This document shows, piece by piece, positions 17,262 through 26,640 of a stretch of DNA of 34,545 nucleotides; within the stretch, counting starts at the first letter, position 1; each line of letters starts with the position of its first letter. The stretch is taken from assembly GCA_040752575.1 (NCBI GenBank), contig JBFMGK010000060.1:1-34545 (forward strand). The letters run 5' to 3'. Origin of the DNA: Candidatus Bipolaricaulota bacterium (GTDB taxonomy: Bacteria > Bipolaricaulota > Bipolaricaulia > UBA7950 > UBA9294). Under the pieces are notes generated by a model that did not search any database, was not told the DNA's origin, and saw nothing but the letters and a program-made list of their open reading frames with translations. Both the position numbers and the translations under genes were made by a program.

Positions 17262-18701
17262 CTACGACGTTCGAAGCTCCGCCGCGACGCCGGCACCATA
17301 GGCCGGGTCGGCACGGCGGAAGTGCTCCACCATCTTGGCCTGGATGCTCTGCGGAGCGTTCCGCAACGAGCGGGCGATGTTCTCCGCCAGACGCTTCTGC
17401 TCCGCAACGGGCAGGAGCCGATAGAGGTTCCCCGGCTGAACGAAATCGTCGTCGACTCCGCGCTTCTGCTCGTAGCGAGCCGCATCGCCGGAGATGCGAA
17501 GCGGGGGTTCATGGTACGCACCGTCGGCCGAGGGACCCCCGAAGCTGTTCGGCTCATAGTTCGGAGCCGCACCGCCGTTCTTGTCGAAGCGCATCAGCCC
17601 GTCCCGCTGGTAGTTGGCTACTTCGACGCGCGGCGCGTTGATCGGCAGGCGCTCGTAGTTGACGCCCAGGCGGTACCGATGCGCATCGGGATAGGCGAAC
17701 AGCCGCGCTTGGAGCATCTTGCAGGGCGAGAAGGAGATGCCGGGGGGCACGTTCGCAGGAGAAAACGCCGCCTGCTCGACCTCGGCGTAGTAGTTCTCGG
17801 GGTTTCGATTCAGCTCGAGGACGCCGACCTCGATGAGCGGATAGTCCCCATGCGGCCAGACCTTCGTCAGGTCGAAGGGATTCCATCGATAGGTCTCGGC
17901 GTCTTTCTCCGGCATGATCTGGACATAGAGCGTCCATCGCGGCAACTCCCCCCGAGTGATCGCGTCGGACAACTGCTGCGTGTGGGCGTCGGGGCTGGTC
18001 CCCGCCAGACGATCCGCCTCGGCCTGCATCAGGTTTCGTATGCCCTGCTGCGTCTTGAAGTGGAACTTGACCCAGAACCGCTCGCCTTTGGCGTTGAGGA
18101 AACTGAACGTGTGGCTCCCGTACCCGTTCATGTACGGGATCCCCGCCGGAATGCCTCGATCGGAGAACAGAATCGTGACCTGATGCAGGGCTTCGGGAAC
18201 CTGTGACCAGAAATCCCATTGCGGCGTATCGGCTTTGACGTTCGTCTGCGGATCGCGCTTCTGCGTATGGATGAAGTCGGGAAACTTGATCGCGTCACGC
18301 AGGAAGAAAACGGGCGTGTTGTTCCCGACCAGATCCCAGTTGCCGTCTTCGGTGTAGAACTTGAGGGCAAACCCGCGAACGTCACGCACCGTGTCCGCAG
18401 ATCCCTTCTCTCCTGCCACGGTCGAGAACCGTCCAAACACGGGCGTCGTCTTGCCCACCTTTTCGAAGACCTTCGCGTGGGTGTAGCGACGGACGTCATG
18501 CGTCACGGTGAACGTCCCGTGGGCCCCCGCAGCCTTGGCGTGAACAACGCGCTCGGGAATCCGCTCACGGTTGAAGTGGGCAAGCTTCTCCAGCAGATGA
18601 TGATCCTGCAGGAGCGTTGGCCCGCGCTCCCCCGCGGTCAACGACGTCTGGTTGTCTTCGACCGGAATCCCTGCAGCCGTCGTCAGCTTCGCGTCGCTCA
18701 T
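17262..18701 (-). CDS. katA: Monofunctional small-subunit heme catalase
   Basis: [51 protein letters not shown] 18701 overlaps the PerR stop. Confidence 0.97.
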   Translation of the reverse strand: MSDAKLTTAAGIPVEDNQTSLTAGERGPTLLQDHHLLEKLAHFNRERIPERVVHAKAAGAHGTFTVTHDVRRYTHAKVFEKVGKTTPVFGRFSTVAGEKGSADTVRDVRGFALKFYTEDGNWDLVGNNTPVFFLRDAIKFPDFIHTQKRDPQTNVKADTPQWDFWSQVPEALHQVTILFSDRGIPAGIPYMNGYGSHTFSFLNAKGERFWVKFHFKTQQGIRNLMQAEADRLAGTSPDAHTQQLSDAITRGELPRWTLYVQIMPEKDAETYRWNPFDLTKVWPHGDYPLIEVGVLELNRNPENYYAEVEQAAFSPANVPPGISFSPCKMLQARLFAYPDAHRYRLGVNYERLPINAPRVEVANYQRDGLMRFDKNGGAAPNYEPNSFGGPSADGAYHEPPLRISGDAARYEQKRGVDDDFVQPGNLYRLLPVAEQKRLAENIARSLRNAPQSIQAKMVEHFRRADPAYGAGVAAELRTS

Positions 18702-19180
18702 CTCTCTCCTCCCTTTGCGCTCTTTCCTCTCGTGGAACACGATCGGCACAGGCCGAAGACCTGTAGCTGGGCCGACTCCGCAATTCCGAGGGCCTCGGCT
18801 TCGGGCGGCGGAAGCACGCGATCGACCGTCTCGCTCTCGAAGTCGACCAGACGTCCGCACTTTGTGCAGATGAAGTGGTGGTGGTGCCCCGGGTTCCCGT
18901 CGTAGCGCGTTCGATCCCCCGCGACGTGGACACGCCGCATGAGTCCGCGCTTCTCGAGAAACGCCAACGTCCGGTAGACCGTGTCAAACGAGAGCGTCGG
19001 CATGCCCCGCCGCACGCTTCGAAACACGGCCTCGGCGTCCGGATGCTCGCACGAACCTGCCACCGCACGCAGAATCTCACGGCGCTGAGGCGTCACCCGA
19101 GCCCCCACTCGGCGGCATGCAGCTTCCAGCGCACGCAGTCGCTCCTCTACGTCGGCTTCGCAACCTGCCGTATCGTCCAT
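18698..19180 (-). CDS. perR: Fur-family repressor, PerR-like
   Basis: [35 protein letters not shown]...CRSC. Lies between the peroxiredoxin and catalase genes. Confidence 0.85.
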   Translation of the reverse strand: MDDTAGCEADVEERLRALEAACRRVGARVTPQRREILRAVAGSCEHPDAEAVFRSVRRGMPTLSFDTVYRTLAFLEKRGLMRRVHVAGDRTRYDGNPGHHHHFICTKCGRLVDFESETVDRVLPPPEAEALGIAESAQLQVFGLCRSCSTRGKSAKGGER

Positions 19181-19189
19181 GAGGCTGGG

Positions 19190-19828
19190 CTACATGGCCC
19201 TATGGCAGAACCACCAGTCGTAGCAGTCCGGCCCGGCGTGTCTCTTCCGCGCCGTCTGTTCGTCGGTCGCTGGCGGAACAATCACGCGATCCCCGATGAG
19301 CTCGTTCTCCGGCCAACCCGCGGGAATGGCAACGCCCTTCTCTTCGGAGACGCGGAAGCCCCTCACCATTCGCACGATCTCATCCATGTTTCGCCCCAGC
19401 TCCTGGGGATAATAGAGGACGGCGCGAACGGCCCCCTTGGGATCGACGATGAACACGGCTCGAACGGTGTTCGTCCCCTTTCCCGGATGGACGAGACCCA
19501 GTTCGTGGGCCAGCGTCTCGGTCCCTGCCACAATCGGAAACTGAATCTCGACGCCAAGCTTCTCGCGGATCCACTCGGTCCACTTGATGTGTGAGAAGAC
19601 CTGGTCGATGCTCAGGCCGATCAGCTCGCATCCCAGCTCGCGGAACTGGTCGTACCGCTTCTGAAAGGCCACGAACTCCGTCGTACATACCGGAGTGAAG
19701 TCGGCCGGATGGCTGAACAGGACGAACCACTTGCCCCGGTAGTCGTCAGGCAGCGTCATCTTCCCGTGCGTCGTCTGGACCACCATCTTCGGGAACGGAT
19801 CTCCAAGCAGCGGAAACTTCGCCTCCAT
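19190..19828 (-). CDS. Peroxiredoxin, Prx6 subfamily with C-terminal cysteines
   Basis: [25 protein letters not shown]-terminal CYDWWFC. ATG 19828 follows SD GGGAGG. Confidence 0.95.
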   Translation of the reverse strand: MEAKFPLLGDPFPKMVVQTTHGKMTLPDDYRGKWFVLFSHPADFTPVCTTEFVAFQKRYDQFRELGCELIGLSIDQVFSHIKWTEWIREKLGVEIQFPIVAGTETLAHELGLVHPGKGTNTVRAVFIVDPKGAVRAVLYYPQELGRNMDEIVRMVRGFRVSEEKGVAIPAGWPENELIGDRVIVPPATDEQTARKRHAGPDCYDWWFCHRAM

Positions 19829-19853
19829 GTGCCCTCCCATGTCGTGTTCGCTC

Positions 19854-19872
19854 CTAGATAGGAATCAGTATA
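19854..19872 (-). promoter_or_regulatory. -10 box with overlapping candidate PerR/Fur-type operator
   Basis: Minus strand TATACTGATTCCTATCTAG: -10 TATACT (19872-19867) in an AT-rich imperfect dyad upstream of prx-perR-katA. Confidence 0.5.
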
Positions 19873-19924
19873 CAGCAAGAGGGCCGCGCAGCCCACGCAG
19901 AAAGGAGCGAAGCGCCGATCACAT

Positions 19925-21070
19925 CTAGAGGACGCCGAGGCGAACGCCGAGGATCATCCCGATCCCAAGGGCGACCATCACCAGACCCGTGATGAAGTGC
20001 AGCTTGCCAAGCTTGGCCTGGCGCCACCGTTCGGCACGAGCCGTCGTCGTCATCCCGAAGTGAACAGCCAAGGTGATCAGGATCATCGGCACGATGAACA
20101 CCGCGTTGTAGAGCAACAGGTAGAGCGCCCCTTGCCCACGGGTCGAGGTCTGGGAGAGGAGCGTGAGGATTACGAGGTAGGGACCCGAGGTGCATGGCGC
20201 CAGGAAGAGCGAGTCCACCAATCCAACCAGGAAGGCCCCGGGAATCGTCACCGCCGCCGATGTGATCTTCTTGACGGACGGCTTCCACTTCTCCGGAACC
20301 TCAATCGAGAACCACCTGCCGTACCAGCAAAGGTCTTTCATCTCCCAGAGGCCGACGAGGATGGCCACGGCAGACACGGCGTAGATAAACGGATCCCGGA
20401 ACGCGCGGGTCCCGGTCGTCAGGCCCAGCAAAGAATAGAGCCCGAACCCCATCGAGAAGTACGCCACGAAAATGCCAGCACTGAACGCGAGCCCGGCCCA
20501 CAGGACTTTGGTCCTCTTCCCGACGACCAGCAGCGTCCCGAGTAGCAGGACCAGGACCGCGAAATCGCAGGGGTTCACCGAGTCGAGTGCTGCGGCGAGG
20601 AGAATTGCGGGGAGGGTCAGCTTCTCGGCGAGCGACGGCTCGCCGTCTGAATCTCCTTGCTCGGCGCGCTCCATCGGCGAGAGGGCCACGTCGCCCGCAC
20701 GCTCCATCGCCTCGATCAACGCCGTTTCTTCCGCTCGCCCGCTCGGGGTATAGGGCTCGTCGCTCAGCCCGTAGAACGTGCCGCCCACCAGAGCAACGTC
20801 GCCGACGAACGCGATGGGGACGGAGCCGATCTCAACGCCGTAGGAGACAAGAAGCCGGGTGAGCAGACCCTGCGCTTCGGGATCGTGAATCTCATAGTGC
20901 AGCACCTCGAGGTCGGGGAAACGAGGCGCGAGAGCCGCCAGGTTCTCCTCCAAGCGTTCGCAGTGCGGACAACCCTCTTCGTAGAAGACAACGATTTGGG
21001 TTGCGCTCGCGACAAGTCCACAGGCCACGAGAACGATCCCGACGACGATCCCCGCCACACGTCGACCCAC
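19925..21070 (-). CDS. Thioredoxin/glutaredoxin-like domain fused to CcdA/DsbD-type transmembrane electron transporter
   Basis: Signal peptide, FYEEGCPHC, then about 6 TM helices with DSVNPC and LAPCTSGPY. GTG 21070 follows SD AAGGAGG. Confidence 0.85.
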   Translation of the reverse strand: MGRRVAGIVVGIVLVACGLVASATQIVVFYEEGCPHCERLEENLAALAPRFPDLEVLHYEIHDPEAQGLLTRLLVSYGVEIGSVPIAFVGDVALVGGTFYGLSDEPYTPSGRAEETALIEAMERAGDVALSPMERAEQGDSDGEPSLAEKLTLPAILLAAALDSVNPCDFAVLVLLLGTLLVVGKRTKVLWAGLAFSAGIFVAYFSMGFGLYSLLGLTTGTRAFRDPFIYAVSAVAILVGLWEMKDLCWYGRWFSIEVPEKWKPSVKKITSAAVTIPGAFLVGLVDSLFLAPCTSGPYLVILTLLSQTSTRGQGALYLLLYNAVFIVPMILITLAVHFGMTTTARAERWRQAKLGKLHFITGLVMVALGIGMILGVRLGVL

Positions 21071-21191
21071 GGTCTGGTCCTCCTTCCCGTTCGCCGGCGT
21101 GGCCGGCATTCGAGACGATACCCGGCGCCAGGGTTCAACGCACACCCTCATCCGCCTCGTTCCGAACGCTGCCCCTCGCTACACTAGGCCC

Positions 21192-21842
21192 ATGCCCTTG
21201 TGCCCCCAACCCCCGCGCGTCCTCGCACTCGTGGCCAGCCCGATTCGACGCGGGAACGTCGACCTTCTGGTCGACAGCGCCTCGGCGGGCGCGGCGCGTG
21301 CGGGGGGTATCGTGGAGAAGCTGTTCCTTAATGACCTGTCGATTGCGCCATGCCAGAGCTGCGGACCAGGGCCTGCCGACGTCCGCTGCCGCATCCGCGA
21401 CGGCATCGTCAGCGTCCACGAGGCTCTCGATCGCGCCGATGCCCTCATCCTGGGGACGCCGGTCTACTTCGACGGCCCGAGCGCGCAGTTGAAACTCGTC
21501 ATCGACCGCTGCAACTGCTTTCGTCCTCTCGTGCTAACGCCGGGCAGACCCCCGGCCTTTGCACCGAAGTCCGACCGCTGCCGCCCGGCTTTGCTGATCT
21601 CCGTGTCCGGCCGTCCACAGACGCTTGCCCCGCTCCGGACCATCGTCAAGGGTTTCTTCGCGTGGATCGGCGCTCAACTGGTCGATGAACTGCATTACGT
21701 CAATCCGTCAGACCGCCGCGGTAGCGTGCTCGGGGACCGCCAGGCGCTCGAGCGGGCATCCCAGCTGGGCGGCCTTCTCATCTCCCTCCTCGACGCCTCG
21801 GATGGAAGCGTCGGGCCCAACGACTCGGCTCCCCTACCCTAG
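21192..21842 (+). CDS. Flavodoxin-like / iron-sulfur flavoprotein (NADPH-dependent FMN reductase family)
   Basis: [13 protein letters not shown]...[31 protein letters not shown] lies 6 nt before ATG 21192. Confidence 0.85.
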   Translation: MPLCPQPPRVLALVASPIRRGNVDLLVDSASAGAARAGGIVEKLFLNDLSIAPCQSCGPGPADVRCRIRDGIVSVHEALDRADALILGTPVYFDGPSAQLKLVIDRCNCFRPLVLTPGRPPAFAPKSDRCRPALLISVSGRPQTLAPLRTIVKGFFAWIGAQLVDELHYVNPSDRRGSVLGDRQALERASQLGGLLISLLDASDGSVGPNDSAPLP

Positions 21843-23477
21843 GATGGCTCGGAGGTCGCCATCGGCCGTCGTGATCGGCTTCAGGTCAAACGTACGAGCC
21901 AGGATGTCCAGAACCGACGGCGTGACGAACGCCGGCAACGTCGGCCCGAGACGGATGTTCTTGATCCCCAGATGCAGAAGCGTCAGGAGGATCACCACGG
22001 CCTTCTGCTCGTACCATGAAAGGATCAACGAGAGCGGAAGAGAGTTCACATCCGTTCTGAACGCCTCCGCCAGAGCGAGGGCAATGCGGATGGCGGAGTA
22101 CACGTCGTTGCACTGCCCGATGTCCAACAGGCGCGGAATCCCGTCGATGTCGCCGAACTCGAGCTTGTTGAAGCGATACTTGCCGCAAGCAAGCGTCAGG
22201 ATCACGCAGTCCTGTGGAACCTTCTGTGCGAACTCGGTGTAGTAGTTCCGCCCTGACTTTGCGCCGTCGCACCCACCGATGAGGAAGAAGTGCCGAATCT
22301 TGCCCTGCCGAACGGCAGCCACGACGTGGTCCGCGACGGACAGCACGGCGCCGTGCCCAAAGCCTACGGTGATCGTTCGGTCGGGCCCGGACTCGGCAAA
22401 GCCCGGCGCGGCAAGAGCGGCCTCGATGACGGGACCGAAATCTCCCTGCGGGACGTGTCGCACACCCGGATAGGCCACGAGGCCCGTCGTGAAGATGCGG
22501 TCAGTGTACGAGGGGCGCGGCTTCTGGATGCAGTTTGTGGTCATCAGAATCGCTCCAGGGAAGCGATCGAATTCCTTCTGCTGGTCCTGCCACGCTCCGC
22601 CGTAGTTCCCGACAAGGTGCCGGTACTTTCTGAGTCCCGGATATCCGTGCGCGGGCAGCATCTCTCCATGCGTGTAGACGGAAATCCCCGTCCCCTCGGT
22701 CTGCTCGAGAAGTTCGGCGAGATCCTTCAGGTCATGTCCTGAGACGACGATCGCCTTGCCGGCGATCGGTTCGACTCGCACCGCTGTCGGAACGGGCGAG
22801 CCAAAGGCTTGGGTGTTCGCACGGTCGAGGAGTTCCATCACGCGGAGGTTCACCTCGCCACATCGGAGGCAAGCCGCAAGAAGCTCTCCGACGTCCCCTG
22901 GCTGACCCGCAAGGAAGTCCAGAGCCTCGTGGAAGTACGCGAAGATCCCTTCGTCCTCATGCCCGAGCAACAGCGCGTGGTCCGCGTAGGCTGCGGCACC
23001 TTTGAGCCCATACATGAGCAGCTCCTGGAGGCCCACAGCGTCAGCGCCGAGCCTCCTCTGCCGCGCCGGGAGTCCGACTTGTTCTGCCTGAACGAGCAGG
23101 CCATCGCGCGAGGCCGCCGGCTCAAACCTCGCCGGCCCGTTCGGCTCGCCGGGGGTCTGTCCGGCCGCGCGCGCTGCGCTCGCCACCAGGGATCGGGCTC
23201 GATCGCGAACTGCAGCCGCTTGACGGACCAGTTCCTCGAGCCGATCGGCGTCGAAGTTGACGTTCGTCACCGTCGTGAACAGCGCCTCAAGGACGAAACG
23301 GTCGACCTCAGAGTCCCGCACCCCCCACTCGCGGGCGCGGTGGGCATAGCATGCCACCCCCTGAACGGCATACAGCAGGAGGTCCTGCAACGCCGCAGCC
23401 ACGGGGTCTTTCCCGCAGACGCCGAACGACGTGCAGCCTTGTCCATCCTTCGCCTGTTCGCACTGGTAGCAGTACAT
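21834..23477 (-). CDS. hcp: Hybrid cluster protein (hydroxylamine/NO reductase), class I-type Cys spacing
   Basis: MYCYQCEQ with C-x2-C-x8-C-x5-[42 protein letters not shown]. 547 aa. Confidence 0.97.
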   Translation of the reverse strand: MYCYQCEQAKDGQGCTSFGVCGKDPVAAALQDLLLYAVQGVACYAHRAREWGVRDSEVDRFVLEALFTTVTNVNFDADRLEELVRQAAAVRDRARSLVASAARAAGQTPGEPNGPARFEPAASRDGLLVQAEQVGLPARQRRLGADAVGLQELLMYGLKGAAAYADHALLLGHEDEGIFAYFHEALDFLAGQPGDVGELLAACLRCGEVNLRVMELLDRANTQAFGSPVPTAVRVEPIAGKAIVVSGHDLKDLAELLEQTEGTGISVYTHGEMLPAHGYPGLRKYRHLVGNYGGAWQDQQKEFDRFPGAILMTTNCIQKPRPSYTDRIFTTGLVAYPGVRHVPQGDFGPVIEAALAAPGFAESGPDRTITVGFGHGAVLSVADHVVAAVRQGKIRHFFLIGGCDGAKSGRNYYTEFAQKVPQDCVILTLACGKYRFNKLEFGDIDGIPRLLDIGQCNDVYSAIRIALALAEAFRTDVNSLPLSLILSWYEQKAVVILLTLLHLGIKNIRLGPTLPAFVTPSVLDILARTFDLKPITTADGDLRAILG

Positions 23478-23479
23478 GC

Positions 23480-23890
23480 CTAGATCCTCCTTGAGCCGGC
23501 CGCGGCGGCCAGGGTCATCCTCGACAGCTCCCGACGAGCCGTATCTCGCATCGTTAGGACCATCGTCCCGAGGATGCAGGGGGCCGTGCACCGCAGACGA
23601 TCGAAGACGCAACCATCGGCGCGCAGCGGACCCTCAAGCGCTTCGTAGACTTCGAGAAGCGTCGTGCTCTCTGCCTCGCGCGCAAGTTCGTACCCGCCGC
23701 TCGGCCCCCTCTTCGACGTCAGGAAACCTGACCGGACGAGCTTCCGCAGCACCTTGGCGATGTGGGCCTCGGACCCCTGAACCTCAAGCGCGACGGAGCG
23801 CGCGGTGACGGCCCCGCCACCACGCGCGGCCACGATCATCGCATGCAGGCCGAGTGCTGTCCCCTCTGAGATACGCACGATTTCCGCCAC
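23480..23890 (-). CDS. Rrf2 family regulator with three C-terminal Cys (Fe-S type)
   Basis: [51 protein letters not shown]. 2-nt gap to hcp. Confidence 0.92.
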   Translation of the reverse strand: MAEIVRISEGTALGLHAMIVAARGGGAVTARSVALEVQGSEAHIAKVLRKLVRSGFLTSKRGPSGGYELAREAESTTLLEVYEALEGPLRADGCVFDRLRCTAPCILGTMVLTMRDTARRELSRMTLAAAAGSRRI

Positions 23891-23906
23891 TCTCGCTCCT
23901 TCTCGA

Positions 23907-23946
23907 TATTGTCGTACGATGATACCGTAATAGAGCGAGGACTCAA
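23907..23946 (-). promoter_or_regulatory. Promoter of rrf2-hcp with overlapping imperfect inverted repeat
   Basis: TTGAGT, 16 nt, TATCAT (23924-23919). Dyad TATTGTCGTA-N6-TACCGTAATA at 23907-23932. Confidence 0.55.
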
Positions 23947-23970
23947 GGGCGAACGGGAATGAATGTGGGT

Positions 23971-25128
23971 CTACGGCACGCGGAACGCCCGCACGCCGGC
24001 CACGGGACTCTCTCCGCCGTACTCAAGTCGAACCACGGCTTGGTAGATGCCGCTCGGCAATCCGGCGGCTCCTTCAGCGTCTCCGATGACGAGGCGCCGC
24101 GTGCCGCCGGGAAGGACTTTCACCTCTGCCAGGGGGTACCTCCGCACGACCGTCCCCGTGCGATCGATGACCTCCGCCACTCCGCTCACGGCAACCTCGA
24201 CGTTTCCCGCATTCTGGAAGGTTGCCGCAAGGGTCAACGGCTCGGTCGCGCTGACGTCGAAACCTGTCACAAGGCCTGCCACGGCTTCGGTGCCTGAGGC
24301 CGTCACGAACACCTTGATCGCCGCCCGAGGGATGGTGAGCACCCGGGTCCCGCTCTGCTCCACGATCTCCGGCTGCGACTCCACGAACACCGCGCTCCAG
24401 TACGAACCCTCGAACGCGAGGGGGGTTTTGACGGAAACGGTGATCTCGCGCGTCGCGCCGGGATCGAGCGTCGCGCGATCTTGGCTCAACTCGATCCAGC
24501 TCGTGCACGAGCGCGCCACGGTGGCAAACTGAGCGCCAGAACTCTCGAGGCTCTCAAACAACGCCGCGTCGCTGGCAACCTCGTACAGCGTCAGTCCCTG
24601 CACGTCGACCAACGTCCGGACGGTGAGCGTAACGTCACGCCCCTCGAAGGCGCGCGAGATCAGCACGACCGCTCCCGGCTCCGCCTCCTCCGGCACGGCA
24701 CCGTCCTCGGGGTTCTTGGGCCCTGAGATCCGCCCACCGACCTGCGGAATCCCCGTCTGGAATGAGCCCTCAAGTTCGCCCCCGGCCTCCGCCGTCCACC
24801 GGTAGCGCAAGACGACGACCTCGTCGGCAGCCAGCACGCGGTCGAACGTCCACCGGGCTCCATTCGCCGGCACTCCCCAATCATGCTCGCCGTCTTCCGT
24901 CCGCAGCCAGTCGCCCACGTACAATCGGACGTCTTCGGTCTCGTCGCGGTCACTCTCGAGACGGAGGGTGTATGTCGCTTCTGTACCCTCCTTCTGAGCG
25001 AGGTCGAAGCGATTCGGGATCACGCGAACCGCAGCTCCCTGCCAGGCCATGGCCAGGCAGATCGCAGCCGCCAAAAGGGGAGACGCGAGCCTAGTCCAAG
25101 AAGACGGTGAAGAGAATCGACACGTCAT
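23971..25128 (-). CDS. Exported fimbrial-chaperone-like (PapD/DUF916-like) Ig-fold protein with an internal insertion
   Basis: Signal peptide, VRVIPNRFDL...VRLYVGDW, RSCTSWIELS...LDPGATREITVSV..P...GSYWSAVFVE, FQNAGNV, VLPGGTR, GIYQAVVRLEYG. Confidence 0.65.
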   Translation of the reverse strand: MTCRFSSPSSWTRLASPLLAAAICLAMAWQGAAVRVIPNRFDLAQKEGTEATYTLRLESDRDETEDVRLYVGDWLRTEDGEHDWGVPANGARWTFDRVLAADEVVVLRYRWTAEAGGELEGSFQTGIPQVGGRISGPKNPEDGAVPEEAEPGAVVLISRAFEGRDVTLTVRTLVDVQGLTLYEVASDAALFESLESSGAQFATVARSCTSWIELSQDRATLDPGATREITVSVKTPLAFEGSYWSAVFVESQPEIVEQSGTRVLTIPRAAIKVFVTASGTEAVAGLVTGFDVSATEPLTLAATFQNAGNVEVAVSGVAEVIDRTGTVVRRYPLAEVKVLPGGTRRLVIGDAEGAAGLPSGIYQAVVRLEYGGESPVAGVRAFRVP

Positions 25129-25894
25129 ACGTTCCCTCCGGCAGCCCGGGCAAGTCGGCTTCGCCGACCCGCAGTCGGTAGTTCACGTCCAACTCCGTCG
25201 TCCCAGCCTCCGCCGCGTACGGTCCTACGTCTACCTCGACGACGCGAAGGACGACCTCCTCGGAGGCTCCCGCGGGCACAATCAGTTCCTTCGACAGCGA
25301 CAGCGCCCATCCGGCCGTCGTGCTCTCGACGCGCAGTCGCGTCTCCTGAAGCGCCGCGAAAACGCCAGCTCCGGTCACGAGCGGGAAGCTTACGTCGCTT
25401 CCCGACAGGACAGAGATGGATAGAGAGCTCGATCCGCAGGAGGGACCATCGATCCAGTCTGTCACCAAGCCATCGTCGCCGCTTCCGCCGTCGGCCCACA
25501 CGCCGACGGGAGATGGGCTCACGCCCCAGGAACCCTCGAGATAGAGATAGAACTTTTCGTTACGCAGCCTGGGAACGAAACGAATGCCCGCAATCGGTTC
25601 GTCGACCCATGAAGTGTCCGATCCGGTCCAGAACGATGAGGCTCGAGCCGCATCGCAAAGCCCAAGGACCCAGGCTTCGCAGGAGGGGGCATCCGGCCCC
25701 GTGACCTGATAGACGAACCTTGTGTAGTCGCCGTTTCGGAAGTAGCGCCAGGAGTGAAGCCGTACCGTCACGTCGCCGAGCTGGGCCACGGTCGACGCGG
25801 CAACCTCCGGGGCCGCCATCGCGACGGTCGCCCATGCGACGCCCAACAGGGCAATCCACCTGACCCAGCATCGCCTTGCGCTCCGTGTGGGCAC
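25091..25894 (-). CDS. Exported two-domain protein: Cys-containing beta domain plus C-terminal pilin-like (SCPU/CsuA-B/WxL-like) domain
   Basis: Signal peptide, TRFVYQVTG...WVLGLC...GPSC, then LRVESTTAGWALSL...DVNYRL...PEGTYDVSILFTV. GTG 25894 follows SD GGAGGT. Confidence 0.6.
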   Translation of the reverse strand: MPTRSARRCWVRWIALLGVAWATVAMAAPEVAASTVAQLGDVTVRLHSWRYFRNGDYTRFVYQVTGPDAPSCEAWVLGLCDAARASSFWTGSDTSWVDEPIAGIRFVPRLRNEKFYLYLEGSWGVSPSPVGVWADGGSGDDGLVTDWIDGPSCGSSSLSISVLSGSDVSFPLVTGAGVFAALQETRLRVESTTAGWALSLSKELIVPAGASEEVVLRVVEVDVGPYAAEAGTTELDVNYRLRVGEADLPGLPEGTYDVSILFTVFLD

Positions 25895-25923
25895 GCTCGA
25901 CCTCCCGCCTCCACCTGCCAACG

Positions 25924-25951
25924 ATCCTACCACAAGACGGGCGCGGGTCAG
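25924..25951 (-). promoter_or_regulatory. Candidate extended -10 promoter for the pilin/chaperone genes
   Basis: TGgTAGGAT (25932-25924) with a weak -35 CTGACC 16 nt upstream. Confidence 0.4.
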
Positions 25952-25958
25952 ACCCTGT

Positions 25959-26639
25959 CTACTCCCCCTCATCGCCCCCGCCAAATAGGCGCCGGAACAG
26001 CGCCTGCTGGAGCTCGGCGAGCTTCTCGAGCGCCGCAGCGATTCGGATCCGGTACTCGATCGGGAAGGGCGTCGCGCGGATACTCCGGATCTTGGACACG
26101 TCCATCGTGGGGACGGGATCATTCCTGCGTTGTCCGGCATCGAGCGACACATAGCGCAGAGACTCCCTCGCTTGAAGAATCTCCGACACGCCTTCTTCGG
26201 TGATATTGACCGCATCCGCCAGTTCAGCAAGCGTCGGAACCCGCCCTAGTTCGCGCAGAAGCCGAGCCTGTGCGCGGTCCAGTTGTCCGTTCAAGTCAGC
26301 CATCCAGCGAGGCGGAGTGCCTCGCTCCGCTCGCTCGCGGATGTGCGCCCGGATCTCGCCTTTGATGAGGTTCTCGGCATAGGAGCGGAAGGGCTGGCCG
26401 CGGGAGAGATCGTAGTTCGCCACGGCGTTCAGAAGACCAAGATAGCCCGGCCGGATCAGCTCGCCTCGCGAGTACCCCGATGTCGAGAACGCTTCTTGCA
26501 CGATCTGGTCCACGAACGGGGTCGCGAGGCGAGTCGCCTCGTTGCGCGCCGCCGCCCTCTCGGCCTCGGTGCCGGCTCTGGCCTTCTGAAGGAGCTGTTC
26601 AACTTCGGCTTCCCAGGGGTCCAGAGGTTCGTAGGCCAT
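25959..26639 (-). CDS. Group 3 (SigB/SigF/FliA-like) sigma factor, regions 2-3 only, no region 4.2 HTH
   Basis: ELIRPGYLGLLNAVANYDLSRGQPFRSYAENLIKGEIRAHIR (region 2), LGRVPTLAELADAVNI...VSLD (region 3). Ends AALEKLAELQQALFRRLFGGGDEGE*. Confidence 0.85.
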   Translation of the reverse strand: MAYEPLDPWEAEVEQLLQKARAGTEAERAAARNEATRLATPFVDQIVQEAFSTSGYSRGELIRPGYLGLLNAVANYDLSRGQPFRSYAENLIKGEIRAHIRERAERGTPPRWMADLNGQLDRAQARLLRELGRVPTLAELADAVNITEEGVSEILQARESLRYVSLDAGQRRNDPVPTMDVSKIRSIRATPFPIEYRIRIAAALEKLAELQQALFRRLFGGGDEGE

Positions 26640-26640
26640 C

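Noticed and set aside
25900..25960. Frameshifted sigma region 4.2 (QGLTRARLVVGSL in another frame)
   Set aside because: Only GLT resembles the HTH start. The EIA..LG.S...V pattern is absent and the space is too short. A read check is still worthwhile.
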